Source: Octopus vulgaris
Taxonomy: Eukaryota
Length of the DNA: 64,000 nt
Direction: 5' to 3'
NCBI GenBank assembly: GCA_951406725.2
Contig: OX597820.1
Span: forward strand, 51,832,001-51,896,000
Made by a program: the position numbers and the translations under genes. Under the pieces are notes generated by a model that worked only from the letters and a program-made list of their open reading frames with translations, was not told the origin of the DNA and made no database searches. The first letter of the stretch is position 1; each line of letters opens with the position of its first letter. This document shows positions 56,253 through 64,000 of this stretch, in pieces.

Positions 56253-56722
56253 GAAAAGGTCATAGAAAACGAGAAAGCAACCATACTCTGGGATATGCCG
56301 ATACACACAGATAGAGAAATTAAGGCCAACAGACCAGATATAGTTGTCAGAGATCATGAAGACAAAAAATGCTTTCTAATTGATGTATCAATACCGGCAG
56401 ATGACAACTTTCTCTAAAAGAAATGGAGAAACTTTCAAAATACAAAGACCTGGAAATAGAGGTAACCAGAATGTGGAATCTAAAAACAGAAACAATTCCT
56501 ATCATAGTAGGTGCAATAGGCATGATAAAAAATATTAAAACAAATACATAACAAAAACACCAGGACTTACAAATATATATAACACAGAAAATTGCACTAC
56601 TAGGCACTGAACACTTTCCATACAATAACCATCAGAGCATCACAAAAAATCACAGCACATACGCAAGGCACACAGAGCTGCGCTCGGTAGTGAAGTGAAA
56701 GCACGCTATAAAAATAAAACTA

Positions 56723-56726
<4 letters not shown>
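56251..56726 (+). mobile_element. Truncated R4/Dong copy, family 1
   Basis: Near-identical to 53347-53841; same 3' end AAAATAAAACTACTGAATAAT. Confidence 0.93.
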
Positions 56727-56818
<92 letters not shown>

Positions 56819-59089
56819 TTTTGTAACAACTGTAGAAATGTTATATTCTTTTGTTTTTCATGCATTTTTACACCTTTTTGAAAAATTTCAGCCCCGCACA
56901 TACCCTTACATTAACATCACGTTTTTTGAAAATTAATTTTCAAATATTTGTATTGTTCTCAAATCTTTAATCATAAACGGTGAAATCACAATGTTGGTAA
57001 GGTTTTAATTTTCCGTGTGTAAGTATTGTTCTCATGTCCTTAATGATAAATGTTAGCATCGTAATCTTGGTAAGCTATTAATTTTCCATGTTTCAGGAAT
57101 TCAAATTTATAGACAATATGGAAACGGAACAAAATTCGGCCATGCCCGGTACCTTCATCTATACATTTAACAACATTTTCAGCAAATGCATCTTGAACAT
57201 TAGCAGCTTTGGTTTGAACACCACTTCAAGCAATTGAGCAAAGCACTACCTGTAGTAAATTTCAGATTAATAAAACTGAATATTGTACTTAAACTTGTCT
57301 TAGTGTTAATGCTGATAACTATAGCGAATCCATTGGTTTTCATATTGAAATGGAAGGGACGAGGAGAAACAGAAAAAAAGAGCAATAAACACCGAAGAGT
57401 GTGAAAAATTCTATTGCGAAAAATTCTTCAGACCCACAGACCGATCCGTGTGTGTCTTCCAGTCAGACACGCATTTACCTAACAAAATCTACACACATTT
57501 CTGGGGCGACTTCGACGCCGACCTGCAAAACAAGATGCACAGTCATTTCAGTATTTCCTTCGCAGACCAACATTAGCAACCACCTCCTTACCAAATGCAG
57601 TGAGAGCAAAAGCAGTAATATCTCACAAAAGTAATGAGAAGCACGCCATTCTTACGTCTGGCGGATTTACGCTACTTTGTTCTACTCTTTTGCAGAGGAA
57701 TATTTTACATATATTTCATTTAATCGTATTCAATGTTTTTCATTTCTATTCTCATAATATAGCTACTGCTCTGTTTTCTTTCTGTGCATGAAATTCGAAA
57801 TGCATTATAAAAATTCCATTTAATTGGTGTAGATTTTTTAACATTTCTAGTTTATTATCTATTCTGACTTACCTACAACAATTATGATCGATAGCCACAT
57901 GTGAATGATCGCATGTTTTACATATGTAAATTCTTGTGATCTGTCGTCCTCTTGATACAATTTATCAAGATCACTTCTTTGGTCTATTACCTCCATTTTT
58001 CATTTTCTTCCAGCTGTAGATAAACCTTCTTGTCACTTCTTTCCTTTCAAGGTGATAAGTATATCTTGCTTTGAAATACTATTCTTCTGATTTCTATATT
58101 TAGTTAAAATTTTTGATTTCATACGTCCTTTAAACTGTTCTTTTCCGAAATAAATCCTAACTGGAACTTAATTCTACTAATTCATTAACCGTGTTCCTTC
58201 TGTTAGCGTTCGGAATAATAGGTCCGTATCTGACTGTCTATTGTGAGTCGATTGCTCTTCTGTCCGTCAATGTACTTTAGCTCATGTTTTATCCAATCAA
58301 TAATCCCAGTCCTATACCGATCCCAAATTCATGGCTCGTATTGTGTTTCCAGCATTAAAGTTGGACTTTATAAATCCCATTCTGTAAAATTATTTGTCAC
58401 TGGAATATTCTTTACTTTGTATACATTTTCGTCGCTTTCCAGCATGTCCAGTCGTAAGAGATTTTGTTTCATTTTAACGATCTCATATTCCATCATTAAA
58501 TAGATTTCTACACGTAAAGTGTAAAGGACTCTACACACTTACATTTACTGGCATATTTCTTTTTTATTCCAGAAGCCATAATATTTTCAGTACAAAATAT
58601 TCTTACAGCTTGCACTAAAGAGTTCACTTGGTTCATTTCTTTTCCATAATACATTAATCTCTTATTATAAAAGGCAGATTTTATCTGCCTCCCTTTGGGA
58701 GTTATACAAATCTACAATATAGGATTTCTTCAATTACAATTTACCTAGCAGTTTTAAGAGTACAATGCATCGCGTCATGCCAGGTACAGTTTTTAAAATT
58801 TAAACCCCAATTAAGCAAAATTTACAGAAAACTCACGTTCTGGTGTGTGTGTCAAATGCTTTTCTTAGTCTGGTTTACACCACACGCAAACGCACACACA
58901 CACAAAGGGAGCGAATTGTTTCACTCACGCTATCACCCTTCTCCTCCTTTGTCTTTGCAAGTTGGCAGCTATTAAAGTGAAAACAGTGAATCCGACAGCG
59001 ATTAAGAACACGAATTAGCACCTGAATGGAGTGAAACTTTAAAAACTGTTTCTTTCGGTGATTTTTCTGAAGAAACTGCACCAAGCCAC

Positions 59090-59300
59090 AGACTTTCCCA
59101 GAAGAGTAAAGCCTTACACTATTTCTATTTACTTTTTCGAATGAGCCCATTTGAAATCATTACGGCAGAAACGAACTGTTACGCTAAACGTAAACAAAAC
59201 GAAAGAAACGATAGTTTGTTATTTCCCACAACCTTAAATGAAATTAAGGCCTATTTTGCCATAAATATTATTATGGGTATCAGAAAGTTACCCAGAATAA
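59090..59300 (+). pseudogene. piggyBac transposase N-terminal fragment inside the Helitron
   Basis: FEIITAETNCYA..PTTLNEIKAYFAINIIMGIRKLPRI matches piggyBac IVxETNxYA..EIKAFxGIxIxMG..LP. Confidence 0.8.
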
Positions 59301-59652
59301 CAAATTCTATCGTAAAATTTTGTTGTATACCCAATTGAATATTAGCTAATAACCCATTTTCTATAGCGATGTTTGAACAAAATTTTAATAATTTTACAGA
59401 AAGTTACCCAGAATAACAAATTCTATCGTAAAATTTTGTTGTATACCCAATTGAATATTAGCTAATAACCCATTTTCTATAGCGATGTTTGAACAAAATT
59501 TTAATAATTTTACAGAAAGTTACCAAGAATAACAAATTCTATCGTAAAATTTTGTTGTATACCCAATTGAATATTAGCTAATAACCCATTTTCTATAGCG
59601 ATGTTTGAACAAAATTTTAATAATTTTACAGAAAGTTACCCAGAATAACAAA
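59281..59652. repeat. 116-bp tandem repeat, ~3.2 copies, nearly identical
   Basis: CAGAAAGTTACC at 59281, 59397, 59513, 59629. Confidence 0.95.
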
Positions 59653-60156
59653 CGAGCCCTTCTGGGTATTAGCGCGCGTCTACGATGAGTCTACGATTTA
59701 AAAAAAATTACCATCATATTTTCCATTTTAATGCATTTTTTTCGCTTTTATATAAGGGAAGTAACTCTCTAAAAATATCTACGATGTGTCAACGATTTAA
59801 AGAAAAATTTACCTTAATTTTTTTTCAATTTTTAATGCATTTTTTTGCTATTTTTTGGCTATAACTCTCTAAAAAATGCTTATATAGTTATTTCCCTTAC
59901 AACCCGAGCAACGCCGGGCGATACTGCTAGTTAATCAATAAACTGATGATTCAGACTGCCCCTATTTTTTGTCCATGCGTATTATTCCTTACATTTGTTT
60001 TGTATAATCGACAAAGGGATTAATACGGTTAGAAACAAGATAGGGGAGTGGCAAGCCTATTAAAAGATTACACTTGTGATCTATATATTTCTTAATTTTT
60101 ATGCTAATTCTGTCTCCCATTACCATATTGCTTGATGTCCATTTCATTTATTATTA

Positions 60157-60219
<63 letters not shown>

Positions 60220-60251
60220 AATAATAATAACAGTTGCTGCTTTATTACTTA

Positions 60252-60640
60252 AGGTGGCTAGTTGGCAGAATTGTTGGCACGCCGAGCAAAATCATTAGCG
60301 GTATTTCGTCTGCCGCTACGTTCTGAGTTCAAATTCCACCGAGGTCGACTTTGCCTTTCATCCTTCGGGCTCGATTAAATAAGTACCAGTTACGCACTGG
60401 GGTCAATGTAATTGACTTAATGCGTTTGTCTGTCCTTGTTTGTCCTCTCTGTGTTTAACCCCTTGTGGGTAGTAAAGAAATAGGTATTTCGTTCGGATGT
60501 ACGTTCAAATTCCGCCGAGGTTGACTTTACCTTTCATTCCTCCGGGGTTAATATATTAAGTACCAATGAAACACGGGGGTCGATCTAATCGATTCATATC
60601 TTCCCCCAAAACAGCTGGACTTGTGGCAAAATTTGAAACC
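60252..60640 (+). mobile_element. Tandem pair of SINE family B units
   Basis: GTTCAAATTCC..GAGGT occurs twice (~60327, ~60502). Confidence 0.88.
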
Positions 60641-60665
60641 ATTATTATTATTATTATTATTACTA

Positions 60666-61336
60666 TTCAGTAGTTTTATTTTTATAGCGTGCTTTCACTT
60701 CACTACCGAGCGCAGCTCTGTGCGCCTTGAGTATGTGCTGTGATTTGGTGTGATACTCTGATGGTTATTGTATGGAAAGTGTTCTGCGTAGGATGTGTGC
60801 AGTGCCTAGTTGTGCAATTTTCTGTATGTTATATGTGTTTGTAAGTCCTGGTGTTTTTGTTATGTATTTGTCTGAATATTTTTTTATCATGCCTAATGCA
60901 CCTACTATGATAGGAATTGTTTCTGTTTTCAGATTCCACATTCTAGTTACCTCTATTTCCAGGTCTTTGTATTTTGAGAGTTTCTCCATTTCTTTTAGAG
61001 ACACGTTGTCATCAGCCGGTATTGATACATCAATTAGAAAGCATTTTTTTCTTCATGATCTCTGACAACTATATCTGGTCTGTTGGCCTTAATTTCTCTA
61101 TCTGCGTGTATCGGCATATCCCAGAGTATGGTTGCTTTCTCGTTTTCTGTGACCTTTTCTGGTGTGTGCCTATACCATCTTTTTTCTGTTGTTATTCCAT
61201 AATGTTGGCATAGCTTCCAATGTATGTAGGTTCCGACTCTGTCATGTCTGTGAATATATTCCTTCTTAGCCAGGACTGGGCAGCTAGAGATAATATGATT
61301 TATTGTTTCTTGTCCATCTCCACATATTCTGCAGTT
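60666..61336 (-). mobile_element. Truncated R4/Dong copy, family 1
   Basis: Reverse complement of ~53171-53841. Confidence 0.93.
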
Positions 61337-62472
<1,136 letters not shown>

Positions 62473-63408
62473 TCTATGTTTGACTTTTGCTTTATGTCTG
62501 TACAAGTTGGCTCCAAGTCTCACCCAGAGACCTCAAGAAACAACAGGCTAGAAGTTCTGTGCCATATATTTGGGGTTTTTTTGGGGGTTTTTTTTTGGTG
62601 TTGTACTAGTGAATGTCTAATACATAAAAAAAAGAAATAATAAATAAATAAATAAAAAAGTTTGTTTTAAACCTTAGGATTACATAGAGAGTATTTTGCG
62701 TAGGATATGAGCAGTTCCCATGAGCACTATCTTTTGAATTTCTGCCATTTTGGAGTTTCCTGGTATCTGAGTTAGGTAGCAATCAGTCCCTTTCGGTATC
62801 ATTCCCAGGGCACCTATGACAACAGGTATTGTTTTAGTCTTCAGCTTCCACATTTTGCTGATTTCTATTTCAAGATCTTTATATTTGCTCAGTTTTTGGT
62901 AGGTCTTGACAGATATGTTTATATCGATTGGGAAAGTCATATCAATGTCTGAAGTCTTTCAATATAATGTCTGGCCTATTTGCATCTATCTTCCTGTCAG
63001 TTTGAATGGTGAAGTTCCAGAGGAGTGAGATGTGGTCATTTTCAAGCACAGGAGGTGGATTGTGTTCCCACCAGTTTTTTTCATGGGGCAAATCCAGGTT
63101 TTTGCAAATTACCCAGTGAATATATTGTGCAGCTCTATCATGCCTACTGAGGTACTCTGTAGGCGCTAGAAGACTGCATTTGGAGACAACATGGTCAATG
63201 GTTTCATTTTGTTGTCGGCATACACGATATGATGGGCTACTGCCGTTCTTTAATATGTTGGCCTGGTAGTTTCTTGTTGGTAGGCATTGATCTTGAGCTG
63301 CTATGATAAACCCCTCTGTTTCAGATTAAAAGTCAGAGGCCATTAGCCATTGATGGGTCAGGGCTTTGTCGATATCTGCATTATTCGCTCTCTTTGGGTA
63401 TTTGCCAT
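62473..63408 (-). mobile_element. Truncated R4/Dong copy, family 3
   Basis: FIIAAQDQCLPTRNYQ, CRQQNETIDH, RHD, RPDII, KLSKYKDLEIEI, MGTAHILRKILSM*; flanked by TTA arrays. Confidence 0.9.
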
Positions 63409-63507
63409 ATTATTATTATTATTGTTATTATTATTATTATTGTTATTATTATTATTATTATTGTTATTGCTGTTGTTGTCATGATTATTATTATTATTAT
63501 TTTTATG

Positions 63508-63593
<86 letters not shown>

Positions 63594-64000
63594 TATTAAC
63601 ATCGTTATATTCAGCTCCAGTATTTTCTCTATGTTAAAACTTTGATGTCACAGTTATCATGTTGTACCTGGAATCATGTTGTACCTGGACTTTCAATTGC
63701 ATAACATCGGTATTTAATTGAATAAGAAAGATACATTCCTGGGAAACTGCTCGTCTTCTATAAGAAGGAACTTATTTCTCATGACTCTCCTTTATGAAGG
63801 AAATGTCTCCAATATTAACGAGATTTACAAGACCCATTTATAATAATTTATTCGTTAATAACTTTCATAACGATCTATGGTATCACAATTTTTATATTCT
63901 CCGCTTAAATTGGCATGTTTTTCCATTATTTGTCCTAGGTTAATAATCTAGATATCTCGTATACTACTGAGATTAATCATGAAAGTTGTCCTTTCTCAAC

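Larger units (their letters stand above)
58658..59930 (+). mobile_element. Non-autonomous Helitron
   Basis: 5' TC(TCTTATTATAAAAGG); 3' hairpin CCCGAGCAACGCCGGG followed by CTAG; inserted between A and T. Confidence 0.85.
57850..60140 (-). mobile_element. Old R4/Dong RT remnant interrupted by a Helitron
   Basis: SPILFLTVLIPLS and NHQFID on the right side continue as LMYYGK..SLVQAVRIF and NAGNTIRAMN..TGIIDW on the left. Confidence 0.7.

Noticed and set aside
59281-59652. CRISPR-like periodicity
   Set aside because: Whole 116-bp unit repeats with no unique spacers; eukaryotic context

Overview
AT-rich, microsatellite-dense eukaryotic DNA with no recognisable host exon. The repeat content (tRNA-derived SINE families, R4/Dong LINEs in (TAA)n, Penelope remnants) suggests an octopus/coleoid cephalopod intron or intergenic region (inference). 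Most ORF-track entries are translations of simple repeats. Real content: (1) a young, apparently full-length 4.1-kb CR1-group LINE with a 27-bp target duplication and a tandem CCCH-finger ORF1; (2) a cluster of at least 7 truncated R4/Dong-type retrotransposon pieces among (TAA)n arrays (51.7-63.4 kb); (3) a 1.27-kb non-autonomous Helitron carrying a piggyBac transposase fragment, inserted in the RT active-site region of an old R4 copy; (4) decayed Merlin, mariner, pogo and probable hAT transposons and many SINEs. The most interesting signal is a set of short non-coding elements next to (TA)n tracts that carry type I hammerhead ribozyme cores (8.5, 25.5, 31.8/32.1 kb). They are arranged as terminally redundant or long inverted-repeat units, and three sequence-unrelated families share an unusually long 41-43 nt loop 2. 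All calls are by-eye motif reading; no database search or folding program was run.
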